DNA of 64,000 nt from a bacterium (GCA_023267755.1 JAHFMR010000004.1:8535-72534), one strand, 5' to 3'. Shown: positions 1 through 9,049, counted from the first letter of the stretch. Numbers and translations: made by a program. Notes: generated by a model not told the origin, from the letters alone.

Positions 1-628
1 TCTCACGGTTGGCGAGCTGACTGCGCTCGCTCGAGACGTGCACCGCGAGATTGGTCGGCTTATGGAGAATACGCACCGCCGTCTCGCGCTTGTTCACGTT
101 CTGGCCGCCCGCGCCGCCTGCATTCGCGAATTGCATCTCGATATCGTCGGGAGCGAGAGTCACCTTATCGGCTGGTACGAGCGTCGGCAATACCTCCACG
201 AGCGCGAAGGAGGTCTGTCGCTTAGCGTTCGCATTAAAGGGTGACTGGCGCACGAGCCGATGCACGCCCGCTTCGTGTTTTAATCGCCCGTAGACGCCTG
301 TGCCATCAATCTCGAGCATTAAATTACGATACCCGCCGCGATCGTTCTCGTTGGCGTGGAGCTCACGCACGCGCCACCCTTTCTGCGTTGCATACCCTTC
401 ATACATCCGCCGAAGCAGGCGCGCGAAGTCTTCGGCGTCGTCGCCACCCGCCCCTGCGAGTATCGCGAGCGTGGCGTTACCGCGGTCGTGCGGGTCGCCC
501 TCGCCAACCTCCTTCAGGCTCTGATATTCCTGCACTACTCGCTGCGCCTCGTCCTTATCCGCCCAGAAATCGGGCGATGCCATCATCGCTTCGATCTCTT
601 TGAGTCGTGGATTCGCAGAATCGTCCAT
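1..628 (-). CDS. prfB: Peptide chain release factor 2 (RF2); C-terminus runs off the left window edge; start uncertain (ATG at 628..626 or read-through from upstream ORF)
   Basis: Minus-strand frame gives GGAGGQNVNKRETAVRILHK (118..59), VHRLVRQSPFNANAKRQTSF with RF2-specific SPF (265..206), KEIEAMMASPDFWADKDEAQ (601..542) and GNATLAILAGAGG (domain 2). Confidence 0.8.
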   Translation of the reverse strand, partial: MDDSANPRLKEIEAMMASPDFWADKDEAQRVVQEYQSLKEVGEGDPHDRGNATLAILAGAGGDDAEDFARLLRRMYEGYATQKGWRVRELHANENDRGGYRNLMLEIDGTGVYGRLKHEAGVHRLVRQSPFNANAKRQTSFALVEVLPTLVPADKVTLAPDDIEMQFANAGGAGGQNVNKRETAVRILHKPTNLAVHVSSERSQLANRE

Positions 629-649
629 CGCGGGGAACGATCACTGCAT

Positions 650-973
650 TCAGTGGACGGCAGGTTCCGTCAATCCCTTCGGATCAACACCAACCTCGCG
701 CAGCTTTGCGGCGAGCTCATTTTTAGCATCCATCAATAGTTCAAACTCGTTAAGTCTCTCGTCCGAGACTCCGCTTTCTCGAGCAATATTCGCCCTAAGA
801 AGCACGAGGCGCTGTTCGGCGATGAGATATTCGTTTGTCAGGGCGTCTATTTTCTCCTCTCGCTCTTCTCTCGCCCCTACACGTGCCGCCTCCTGATAAG
901 CACCCTCTACAACAGGAGCCGGAACGGGAACCTCTTCTTCAGAGGAAGTAACTCTCGGGGGGTGTTCATTCAT
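650..973 (-). CDS. Upstream ORF in the same frame as prfB, separated from it only by UGA-AUG-CAG-UGA; its tail MDAKNELAAKLREVGVDPKGLTEPAVH resembles the RF2 N-terminal helix that normally precedes the frameshift site
   Basis: ORF track; manual translation shows the prfB body continues in-frame after two TGA codons (652..650, 643..641). Confidence 0.35.
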   Translation of the reverse strand: MNEHPPRVTSSEEEVPVPAPVVEGAYQEAARVGAREEREEKIDALTNEYLIAEQRLVLLRANIARESGVSDERLNEFELLMDAKNELAAKLREVGVDPKGLTEPAVH

Positions 974-1019
974 ATGAGACCTATGATAGTACCTTCCCCT
1001 AATAACGCAATATTCCTTT

Positions 1020-1095
1020 TGGAGCCGGGGGTCGGGATTGAACCGACGACCTAGGGTTTACGATACCCTCGCTCTACCAACTGAGCTACCCCGGC
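1020..1095 (-). tRNA. tRNA-Thr (anticodon CGT), CCA encoded
   Basis: Reverse complement folds as GCCGGGG-UA-GCUC..GAGC-G-AGGGU-AUCGUAA-ACCCU-AGGUC-GUCGG-UUCAAUC-CCGAC-CCCCGGC-U-CCA. Confidence 0.85.
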
Positions 1096-1243
1096 GAGTG
1101 AGGAGATACGACTGAATGTCTTCACTCAGACGTATCCTCCGAACGAGCCAAGAGTATGGGAGTTTCCATACCCCGGCACTCTCTCTACTTCTTACCACAA
1201 GACTACGATTATATCTGCGCGCAGAACGCGCAGACCAATCGAG

Positions 1244-1316
1244 AGCCGAGAGTCGGGATTGAACCGACGACCTGCGCCTTACCATGGCGCTGCTCTACCA
1301 ACTGAGCTATCTCGGC
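1244..1316 (-). tRNA. tRNA-Thr (anticodon GGT)
   Basis: Reverse complement: GCCGAGA-UA-GCUCAGUUGGUAGAGC-A-GCGCC-AUGGUAA-GGCGC-AGGUC-GUCGG-UUCAAUC-CCGAC-UCUCGGC-U. Confidence 0.85.
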
Positions 1317-1404
1317 TTATCGCACCAACGCATAGTAGCCGAATTTTCCTATTCTTTCAATTAACATACAACACGGCCCTGTTCGGACCGTGTTGTATGA
1401 ACTG

Positions 1405-1478
1405 CGCGAGGGACGGGACTCGAACCCGCAACCTTCCGCGTGACAGGCGGATGCTCTAACCAGTTGAGCTACCCCCGC
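1405..1478 (-). tRNA. tRNA-Asp (anticodon GTC)
   Basis: Reverse complement: GCGGGGG-UA-GCUCAACUGGUUAGAGC-A-UCCGC-CUGUCAC-GCGGA-AGGUU-GCGGG-UUCGAGU-CCCGU-CCCUCGC-G. Confidence 0.85.
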
Positions 1479-1527
1479 AAAGAGGTCTCACCATCCTAGC
1501 AAATTCCCTGGAAAATGTCGTGCCGTG

Positions 1528-1601
1528 TGCTGACGGGAGGACTTGCACCTCCGACCTTAGGTTTATGAATCCTATGCTCTAACTACCTGAGCTACGCCAG
1601 C
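1528..1601 (-). tRNA. tRNA with CAT anticodon (elongator Met or Ile2-lysidine type); atypical T-loop UGCAAGU and A31:A39 mismatch
   Basis: Reverse complement: GCUGGCG-UA-GCUC-AGGUAGUUA-GAGC-A-UAGGA-UUCAUAA-ACCUA-AGGUC-GGAGG-UGCAAGU-CCUCC-CGUCAGC-A; G1-C72 paired so not initiator. Confidence 0.6.
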
Positions 1602-1711
1602 GGAGTGAGGAAACATGAATACGCGTCCTCGTGTAGGCATGTTCTCCGAACGAGCTGGCGTATGCCTACATACGCCAACAATTATATAGCCTACCTTAAG
1701 ACACTACCAAA

Positions 1712-3367
1712 CTATACCGGAAACTCAACGACGAAGGTCGATCCCTTCCCCGCCCCAGCGCTCTCGGCGCGGACAGTGCCACCATGCGCGGTAACGATAT
1801 TCTTCACGATATAGAGCCCGTAGCCGGTGGAGTGGACGTTAATTGTCTGCGAGTCTTTACCGTGTCCGCCCTCGGTGAAGAGCCGCTGCTTGTCCTCGTC
1901 GGTAATACCCATCCCCGTATCGCGCACCGTGATGATAATCTTCCCATTCCCTGCCCCGAGCGATTTATCCCGAGTGGAATTGAGGGAAGTCGAGGGGTCC
2001 TTCTTAAGTGAGACGTCAATCGTCCCCGACGGGGTGTAGTTGATGGCGTTCTCGATAAGATTGCGCAGCACATGGTCGCCTATTTCGGCCTTATCGCCGG
2101 TGAACATATAGGGCGCGCCCGCAGGGTCGGCAATCAGGTTCAGTGAGAGCCTCTTCGCAGTGGCCGTAGCTTTTTCCTTCTGCACCTTGTCTGCCACGAG
2201 CGCCGCCATATCAAACGGCTCCTTCTTATACTCTGTCGTCCCCTTCTTCTGATTCGACGCCTTGAGGATATTCATCACCGACTCCACCCCCGTGCGTGTC
2301 TCGGCGATAGCACGCTCGACAAACGGCGTGAGCTCTGGCGAGAGTGTGCCGAAGTCGCCCTCCAAGAGGGCGGCGAAGGCGCCGCTGTCTTTAGCAAGAT
2401 AGCCCTTCACTTCGTGACTGATGAAGCGGATAAGCCCCTCCTGCCGCTCATTGGTATCGGCGAGCTCCTTCGCGAGTTTTTCTATTTTCTCGCGCTGCTC
2501 CACTTCGCGAATCACACTTCCGATTAGATTGATACCGAAGATAAGCACGAAGACGAGTACGCCAGTCCTAAACAATACAAGAACGAGCGTGTCCGAAAAG
2601 ATGATTTCTCCAAAGGAGACAATCGAGAGCAAGAAGACAAGCAGCGCGGTTGAGAACACCTTGATATTAAAAAGATGATGGACCCGTATCGCATATGCTG
2701 CACCAATAACCGTGGGGAGAATAAAGATGGCGCTATACAGGATGAAGCGCGAATCATTGAAAAATGCCGGGAGGATAAGATTGAAGGTGATGATGAGCAC
2801 GAAGGTGATGAGAAGTCCCCAGGACACCGGTTTGTATACCGACTGTGCTTCCTTCGGAATTCTTTTCATCTTCTGGATAAAGATGAGTAGCCCCCCGAAG
2901 ATAAGCGCGGTGACCGTCGCGACAAAGAGAAATATGCCCGGACCATTTTCGATACCGACAACCGTCCCATTCGGTGAGAGGGCGCTCACTCGCACGAACA
3001 CAAAGGAGGTGAGGGTGAGAATCGATACGAATGCAGCCCCAGGGACAACGATGCGTTGGTACCATGAGGGGAACGTAAAGTCCGTCTTTGGGAACGCGTA
3101 CAGAAATTGGAAGAGGAAGAGGACAAACCATACCGCCACACAGATTACCAGTCGCATAATATTGAGCGCGAGGTCTGGGTTGGCCACGTGATAGAACGAG
3201 TAATTCAACAGGCTCCAGACCGTCCCCGCCATAGTGAAGAGGAAGAATGAGCGGGTGGTCGTACTCCTCGAGTCACTCATAAAAGCGGTAAAACCGAGTA
3301 CAGCCATACCGGCAGCGGCCACCCCTGTCACGATTAAATCGACATTGAAAGAGAGAATGTTTGTCAT
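1712..3367 (-). CDS. Sensor histidine kinase; N-terminal multi-TM sensor, HisKA (FISHEVKGYL) and HATPase_c (GMGITDEDKQRLF...GYGLYIVKNIV) domains
   Basis: ORF track protein motifs; start ATG overlaps the upstream stop (ATGA at 3364..3367). Confidence 0.75.
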   Translation of the reverse strand: MTNILSFNVDLIVTGVAAAGMAVLGFTAFMSDSRSTTTRSFFLFTMAGTVWSLLNYSFYHVANPDLALNIMRLVICVAVWFVLFLFQFLYAFPKTDFTFPSWYQRIVVPGAAFVSILTLTSFVFVRVSALSPNGTVVGIENGPGIFLFVATVTALIFGGLLIFIQKMKRIPKEAQSVYKPVSWGLLITFVLIITFNLILPAFFNDSRFILYSAIFILPTVIGAAYAIRVHHLFNIKVFSTALLVFLLSIVSFGEIIFSDTLVLVLFRTGVLVFVLIFGINLIGSVIREVEQREKIEKLAKELADTNERQEGLIRFISHEVKGYLAKDSGAFAALLEGDFGTLSPELTPFVERAIAETRTGVESVMNILKASNQKKGTTEYKKEPFDMAALVADKVQKEKATATAKRLSLNLIADPAGAPYMFTGDKAEIGDHVLRNLIENAINYTPSGTIDVSLKKDPSTSLNSTRDKSLGAGNGKIIITVRDTGMGITDEDKQRLFTEGGHGKDSQTINVHSTGYGLYIVKNIVTAHGGTVRAESAGAGKGSTFVVEFPV

Positions 3368-4422
3368 ATGGTCTGAATATCCGGCGCGCGTCGATACGAA
3401 CGTGCTGTCGCTGGTGATGCATAGCCGGTGCGGAAGAGCATTGCTGGCGTATCGCTCGCTTCTACGCCAAACTGCTTCCGTATCGTCGCGTTCGCCCTTC
3501 GTATTTGTTCAAAGTGCTTCGGCAATAACCCTTCCGCACTTCCCCTCTCAAGGCTTCGTGCCAAGAAGAGAATTCCCGTGACCGGATGGAAGGCGAGACC
3601 GTGGCTCGCCGCATCAAGCCACACACGCTCTATCGCTCTCCCTGCGGCAATATAGGCCGACGGACTCTCTTCGGCGATCGTAATGAGACCCATAAGCGGT
3701 GCTGATGCGTAGAGTCCAGTATTCGCCAATCGGGCCATATTCGCGAAACCAATCATGTCCGTGATGCGCGCAACGAAGTGATTATGAAGATGTCGCATAA
3801 TTAGCCGTGCGGGTAAGGGTAACTCCATCGTCTTGATAGCGAGACCTTGTTTGCCCGAGCGATTCTCCTCATCGGTCCACAAGATATCGCCGACGAATAT
3901 CTCCCGCAGTGCTGGCGTCTCGAGCGCCACCTGCTCCATAACCGCCGATGCCGCTGCAACTGCGCGAATGGCCTTTTTGTCCTCAGTGAGGAAGAGTTTT
4001 GTTCCTTTGATTGTTTCTGCTGCCGCAGAGAACGCAGCTGTTACTTCGGTGCCCAGTGGCTGCTTCTTGTACGACTTCCTATTGGTGTGCCGTTCTCGGA
4101 TAAAGGCGGCGAGCGGGTCGGCATCAACGCCCGATTCGGTACAAATAATCTCTGCTGTACAGTAGGGATCGGCCAGGTCTGGGAGGATATGCGCCTCAGC
4201 TCGCACTCCAGAAAGAGACGCTGCGAGGATAATATTCTCGATAAGCGCGCCGTGAGCGATGTAGGTGCCGCTCAATTTGAAATTGAGTATCGGATTATCG
4301 CGATGCGGATCGAGATGGACGCGAATGTTATTGCCGTGAAGTGTAAACGACCACGGCTGCGAGTTATCCCCCGAGGGAGCCCAGACGGCGGTATCGAGAA
4401 TGGCCCGAAGTGTGGCTTCCAT
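3364..4422 (-). CDS. Nitroreductase-superfamily protein with two tandem nitroreductase-like halves (SagB/Acg-like dehydrogenase)
   Basis: N-terminal WAPSGDNSQPW signature typical of the nitroreductase fold; 352 aa is about twice a single domain. Confidence 0.55.
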   Translation of the reverse strand: MEATLRAILDTAVWAPSGDNSQPWSFTLHGNNIRVHLDPHRDNPILNFKLSGTYIAHGALIENIILAASLSGVRAEAHILPDLADPYCTAEIICTESGVDADPLAAFIRERHTNRKSYKKQPLGTEVTAAFSAAAETIKGTKLFLTEDKKAIRAVAAASAVMEQVALETPALREIFVGDILWTDEENRSGKQGLAIKTMELPLPARLIMRHLHNHFVARITDMIGFANMARLANTGLYASAPLMGLITIAEESPSAYIAAGRAIERVWLDAASHGLAFHPVTGILFLARSLERGSAEGLLPKHFEQIRRANATIRKQFGVEASDTPAMLFRTGYASPATARSYRRAPDIQTI

Positions 4423-4433
4423 AGTAGCGGTGA

Positions 4434-5558
4434 TTATGCGAGACCAATCGCTTTCTTGAACATCATACGGATAGTGTCGCGCTCTGCGGTTGCTTCAGGA
4501 GTGTGATAGGTCGGGTCGAATATCGCGTCCATATGTATCTCTGACTTACCGTTTGCAAGCGGCGCTCCGAGAGCAATCCGGCGCAGACAATACGCGATAG
4601 CGACACCCGAGAGCGTCGCGGCGTCGCCGAGCTGCGGCCACGAGTAGAGCGTCTGCCCCACTTCTTTAAGCGAGAGCAACATCCGCGGGACAACGTGGTC
4701 AGCGCCGGCAATCTTGGTAGCGAGTTTAGGCAAATCAGACGGCGGGAAGGTCTTAAATTCTTCAAGCGTCAGGTCTCCAAGCGCGCCGTTGAAGAGCTGT
4801 GTCGAACGATCGAGATCGAAGCGCTCGATCTCGACGATGACTCCGTCGCCGTTGTCAGTGGCCATCACCACCGGGATCCCCTTCTCACGCGCGGCGAGCC
4901 GGAGGCGAATTTTTATCTCTAGATTGTCGGTCTCTTCGATAAGCACATCGGCTCCTGAGAGAAATTGGTCCATCGTCTCTTCAGTGACACCCGCCCCATA
5001 GACCTCTATCTCTGCGTAGGGATTCAGCTGGTAGATATATTCGCTCACGAGGTCAGTCTTCTTGCGTCCGAGGGAGAGGAAGTCGAGGCGGATGCGGTTT
5101 AAGTTCGAGGGAGAGACTTCGTCGGGATCGGCGATCTTGATGCGGCGCGCCCCGCCCATAAGCGCCGTTGTCATCGCGCCGTGACTACCCACCGAGAGGC
5201 CCGCGTACGCGACCGAGAGATTATAAAACTTTTTCTGTTCTTCCTTGGTGATGATGTTGCGATTGCGAGCAGTGCGGATCTCCTGGTGCTCTTCGTGCGG
5301 CAGGTAGTGTGCGAGTGTCTTGTTCCACGGGAAGTAAAACCACTCGCCTACCTCTTCACCGGACTTCCCTGCTGCATACTCTTCCGAGAATGCCTTTACC
5401 TCGGCGCTATGGTCCTTGATAAATTTGAAGCGCGGATTGCGGATGAGGAAAAGATCCTCGAGGAGGAGATCGTAGCGATCAACAACAGTACCAGGTTGGA
5501 GGCGATCACGAAATGCGGCAAACGATTCTTGCGTACGATCGAGTTGTTCCGGTTTCAT
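4434..5558 (-). CDS. ThiF/MoeB/HesA-family E1-like adenylyltransferase with ~110 aa N-terminal extension
   Basis: YAGLSVGSHGAMTTALMGGARRIKIADPDEVSPSNLNRI nucleotide-binding Rossmann region typical of the ThiF family. Confidence 0.6.
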   Translation of the reverse strand: MKPEQLDRTQESFAAFRDRLQPGTVVDRYDLLLEDLFLIRNPRFKFIKDHSAEVKAFSEEYAAGKSGEEVGEWFYFPWNKTLAHYLPHEEHQEIRTARNRNIITKEEQKKFYNLSVAYAGLSVGSHGAMTTALMGGARRIKIADPDEVSPSNLNRIRLDFLSLGRKKTDLVSEYIYQLNPYAEIEVYGAGVTEETMDQFLSGADVLIEETDNLEIKIRLRLAAREKGIPVVMATDNGDGVIVEIERFDLDRSTQLFNGALGDLTLEEFKTFPPSDLPKLATKIAGADHVVPRMLLSLKEVGQTLYSWPQLGDAATLSGVAIAYCLRRIALGAPLANGKSEIHMDAIFDPTYHTPEATAERDTIRMMFKKAIGLA

Positions 5559-5604
5559 ACCGAAATGGTATCACACGACACTACACTACGTGGACGTTAT
5601 TTAC

Positions 5605-7143
5605 TTAGGACGGCTTCACCACCCACTTCTGCTTGATGCCTGCGGGGAAGAATTCAGGATCACCTGATGGGCGGAATACGAGTTTGAAAAGCGGGCGTTC
5701 ATTCACGAACGTCGAGAGCTCGCGATACTCGGAGCTCCGCTCCTTGAAGGCGGCCTCGACCGCACGCGTTGCTTCCTTCTTGAAGATTTCAGACACCGAC
5801 TCGACTCCTCGCTTCTGCTCGACGTTTATTTCGAGATACTGATTTTCTTTATCATCATACTTAGTTACAATCTGGAACTTCCCGGTACAGAAACGCTGTA
5901 TCAAATCGCTCACCATCACGTCACGAAGGTACTCGGGATAGACCTGCAGACCGTAAAGCGTGGTGGCGAGGTCGGATCGCTCATACACGTAGACAAAGGG
6001 GAGCTCGTAGAGCGGCATATTAAGCTTCTTCGCCTCCTTTGCAAGGTTGATACCCGCTTCTGCAAAAATCGCCTTCAACTCGTCATAGGTGTACACACCA
6101 CCGCGATCACCCACTGCATAGCGGATAAGCGGCACGCCGCTGTAGCCGGTGAGAATGACCTCTCCGTCAGGTGCTTCGAACGAGACAAATGCCGGATTGT
6201 ACTGCGCCAGAGTCGGCGTCTTCCGCACATCGCCAAAGATACGGCCGAAGAGCTTTTTATTTTTCATCGCGAGCCGGCGCATAAGGATGGCGGTCGGCGT
6301 CTCGAACGCCATCGCGCCGATATCGGCGGTGCCATAGATGTTCAACGTATCGCGGTAGATATTCTTCATCCCGACCTTCTTTGCGAGATAGTCGCGGAAG
6401 CGCTCGGAGAATGCCTCCGCCGCGAAGAAGAGGCGCATATTAAGCTTCTTCAGATTAATCCCCTCAAACTCTGCTTCATCGAGGACGTCCTTCACGAACG
6501 GCGGGTAGCCGATGAGGATAGTCTGTTTGAATGACGGCGCGAGGTCGTGAAGCGCCTTAAGTATCTCTGCCTTGTTCACGCCCGCTGGGAGTATCGAGAC
6601 CGGGTATCCTCGTCGGCTCGCGATATCGAAGGCTCGATATGTGAGCGTCCCGCCTATCCACACGCCCATTCCGAAGCCCACAATAACGAGTGTCGGGCAG
6701 TCTGGTCCCGGCAACTGTGCTCCATTGCGCAAGAACAGCTCGACGAGCACCGAGTACTGTTCTTCCAAGTTCGAGGTGCGTTGGAAGTAGAAGGGCTTCC
6801 CAGTCGAGCCCGAGGTGGAGGAAAACACGGCCGGGCGACCGAGCGTACCGTCCCAACAGAGATCAGCAAAAGGATATTTCTTAAGATACGCTGCCTTGTT
6901 GGTTGTCGGCAGCTTCTCGAAGTCTTCACGTGTGCGGACGGTTTCCGGGTTGACACCGTGCTCCTTAAGAAAGGCTTTGTACGCGGGCACACGCTCCGCT
7001 GCGTCACGGAAGAGTGTGAGCGCGTTCTTCGTCCGCACGCGCAACCACGTATCTGAATCGCGGGTACAAACTCGATCGGCCATTCTCTGTACCGGTGCTG
7101 TCGGTAGTACAAGCGGGGCCTTCACGTTTGTCTTACTCGCCAT
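5605..7143 (-). CDS. PaaK-like adenylate-forming enzyme (phenylacetate-CoA ligase / coenzyme F390 synthetase family)
   Basis: SSTSGSTGKPFYF matches the PaaK-family AMP-binding loop; size 512 aa. Confidence 0.6.
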   Translation of the reverse strand: MASKTNVKAPLVLPTAPVQRMADRVCTRDSDTWLRVRTKNALTLFRDAAERVPAYKAFLKEHGVNPETVRTREDFEKLPTTNKAAYLKKYPFADLCWDGTLGRPAVFSSTSGSTGKPFYFQRTSNLEEQYSVLVELFLRNGAQLPGPDCPTLVIVGFGMGVWIGGTLTYRAFDIASRRGYPVSILPAGVNKAEILKALHDLAPSFKQTILIGYPPFVKDVLDEAEFEGINLKKLNMRLFFAAEAFSERFRDYLAKKVGMKNIYRDTLNIYGTADIGAMAFETPTAILMRRLAMKNKKLFGRIFGDVRKTPTLAQYNPAFVSFEAPDGEVILTGYSGVPLIRYAVGDRGGVYTYDELKAIFAEAGINLAKEAKKLNMPLYELPFVYVYERSDLATTLYGLQVYPEYLRDVMVSDLIQRFCTGKFQIVTKYDDKENQYLEINVEQKRGVESVSEIFKKEATRAVEAAFKERSSEYRELSTFVNERPLFKLVFRPSGDPEFFPAGIKQKWVVKPS

Positions 7144-7146
7144 AGG

Positions 7147-8211
7147 TTATGCGCGGCTGCCCGCAAAACGTTTCTTCCCTATCTGATCGGCAATCGCGTC
7201 GGGTGCGCAGCGATTCTTCTTTGCGGCAGTGAGAATATCGGTGACGGTCTTGCGTACCTGGGAGACGCGACGCTCAACACGGGCGCGGTCATATCCCTTA
7301 GCATCGAGCTCGTCGACGACATTAATCAATCCCCCTCCATTGGCAACGTAGTCAGGGATGTACACGATGCCGCGCTTCGCGAGGCGCGCACTGTCTCTGG
7401 GCGTCGCGAGCTGATTGTTCGCCGCACCACAGACAATCTTCACCTTGAGCTTCGCGATTGTCTTCTCGGAGAGATCCCCGCCGAGGGCGCAGAGTGAGAG
7501 AATATCCGCCGTTTGCGTCAAGATTGCTTCAGGCGAGACGCTGCGCATACTCGGAATCTTCTTTTGTACCGCGCGGAGCCGATCCTGATTCTTCTCTGCC
7601 CCGACAATTTGCGCTCCGGCCTTATGTAGGAGCATCGCCAAGTCAGAGCCGACATTACCCAATCCCTTAATCGCAACAGTTCGCCCTTTGAACGAATCAT
7701 TCCCAAAGACAGTCTTAAGCGCCGCTCGCATCGACTCGAAAACACTCAAGGCCGCCCAGTGCGCTGGGAGACCTCCTACCGCGGGACGTCCAATGATGCT
7801 TTCTGAATGTTTCGCGAGGATCTCGATATCACGCTTTGTGAGGCCTACGTCCTCCCCAGTAAAAAAATGCCCATCGAGAAGCGCGATCCGACGCGCATAC
7901 GCAGCAAAATATTTCTCATTCTTCAACTTCTCGGCCGCAGAAGCGTTCTTCGGCGCCATCAGCACTGCTTTGCCGCCGCCGTACGGCACCTTCGCGAGTG
8001 CACACTTATAAGTCATCGCACGTGAGAGGCGGAGTGCGTCGCGCAGCGCCTCCTCTTCAGAGGCGTAATGAGCAAATCGTGTCCCGCCGACCGCTGGTCC
8101 GGCATGTGTATTATGAATAGCTATAAATCCACGGAGGTTCGTGGATCGATCGTAGAGCCGGAGGACCATCTCGTGTCCGTCAAATTCCGGCAACTGTTCT
8201 ATCTCAGTCAC
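7147..8211 (-). CDS. Glu/Leu/Phe/Val-family amino-acid dehydrogenase (leucine/phenylalanine dehydrogenase-like)
   Basis: KCALAKVPYGGGKAV catalytic lysine/GGGK motif; C-terminal NAD-binding GLGNVG; 354 aa. Confidence 0.75.
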   Translation of the reverse strand: MTEIEQLPEFDGHEMVLRLYDRSTNLRGFIAIHNTHAGPAVGGTRFAHYASEEEALRDALRLSRAMTYKCALAKVPYGGGKAVLMAPKNASAAEKLKNEKYFAAYARRIALLDGHFFTGEDVGLTKRDIEILAKHSESIIGRPAVGGLPAHWAALSVFESMRAALKTVFGNDSFKGRTVAIKGLGNVGSDLAMLLHKAGAQIVGAEKNQDRLRAVQKKIPSMRSVSPEAILTQTADILSLCALGGDLSEKTIAKLKVKIVCGAANNQLATPRDSARLAKRGIVYIPDYVANGGGLINVVDELDAKGYDRARVERRVSQVRKTVTDILTAAKKNRCAPDAIADQIGKKRFAGSRA

Positions 8212-8239
8212 GCCGAGAATATACCATAGATTTGTGCAG

Positions 8240-8986
8240 TCAGCTAGGTCTTGTGTACGCCCCGAAGCCGCTGGTCATCGTCGCCACGCCTGCGGCGTCT
8301 ATCGCATAACCCTCGAAGCCGGGTAAGCTCTCGATGAACTCGATACCCTGCTTCCCCATCGCAAAAGCGGCTGTCGCGTAGCGGTCAGCCTCGAGCACGT
8401 CGGGTCCGATGACGGTGATGCTCACGATATCGCTTAGTTTCTCTCTTGGCGCGTGCGGATTATAGATATGGTCGCCGCGAATGTACGAGCCTGAAGTCGC
8501 GATACCCCTCCCCCGTGGATACACCACCTTTACTATCTCGTGGATCTTAAAGGGATTACGGATACCGACGCTCCACTCTTCACCCGCCGCATTCTTCCCG
8601 CCCATCGCGATATCACCGCCCGCATTCACAAAATAATTCTCGATCCCCCGCTTCTTGAGAAGCGCTGCCGTGTTCAAAATCGCCCACCCCTTCACGATGC
8701 CGGAGGGATCTATCAACCCATCTGGGCGGCGGATATCGAAATACCCATCGGTTTCTTCCTTCGTCAGCTCGGCAAGTGCGAAGACCTCTTTCATTTCTTC
8801 ACTCATCTCAACTTCTTTTACTTCTCCGCGATTGATGCGTGATATCTCGCTTGTCTCTTTATAGGTACTGAAGCGCTCGTCAACCTCCTTCAGATAGGCG
8901 AAAGCCGCGTCGAGCGCTTCCTGCTCGTTTTGGCCAAGTATTTCGATCTCAATCGGCATCCCCATACTGATCCTCGTCTCTTTCAT
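8240..8986 (-). CDS. apbE: FAD:protein FMN transferase (ApbE family), short form
   Basis: FSTYKETSEISRINRG, NAGGDIAMGG and ATSGSYIRGDHIYNPH match conserved ApbE motifs. Confidence 0.7.
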   Translation of the reverse strand: MKETRISMGMPIEIEILGQNEQEALDAAFAYLKEVDERFSTYKETSEISRINRGEVKEVEMSEEMKEVFALAELTKEETDGYFDIRRPDGLIDPSGIVKGWAILNTAALLKKRGIENYFVNAGGDIAMGGKNAAGEEWSVGIRNPFKIHEIVKVVYPRGRGIATSGSYIRGDHIYNPHAPREKLSDIVSITVIGPDVLEADRYATAAFAMGKQGIEFIESLPGFEGYAIDAAGVATMTSGFGAYTRPS

Positions 8987-9049
8987 ACCTTCTATAGTAC
9001 TCCCCAGCAGGCACTTCCGTTCCCCGCTATCTCTCTATAGAATAGAGCT

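Noticed and set aside
38-739. Plus-strand ORFs 38..244, 241..603 and 356..739
   Set aside because: These are antisense to the well-supported prfB reading frame and have no motifs.
600-760. Canonical +1 programmed frameshift site (CUU UGA C) in prfB
   Set aside because: No such heptamer exists. Both alternative frames after the UGA terminate within 21-35 codons, and the RF2 body is in the same frame as the upstream ORF.
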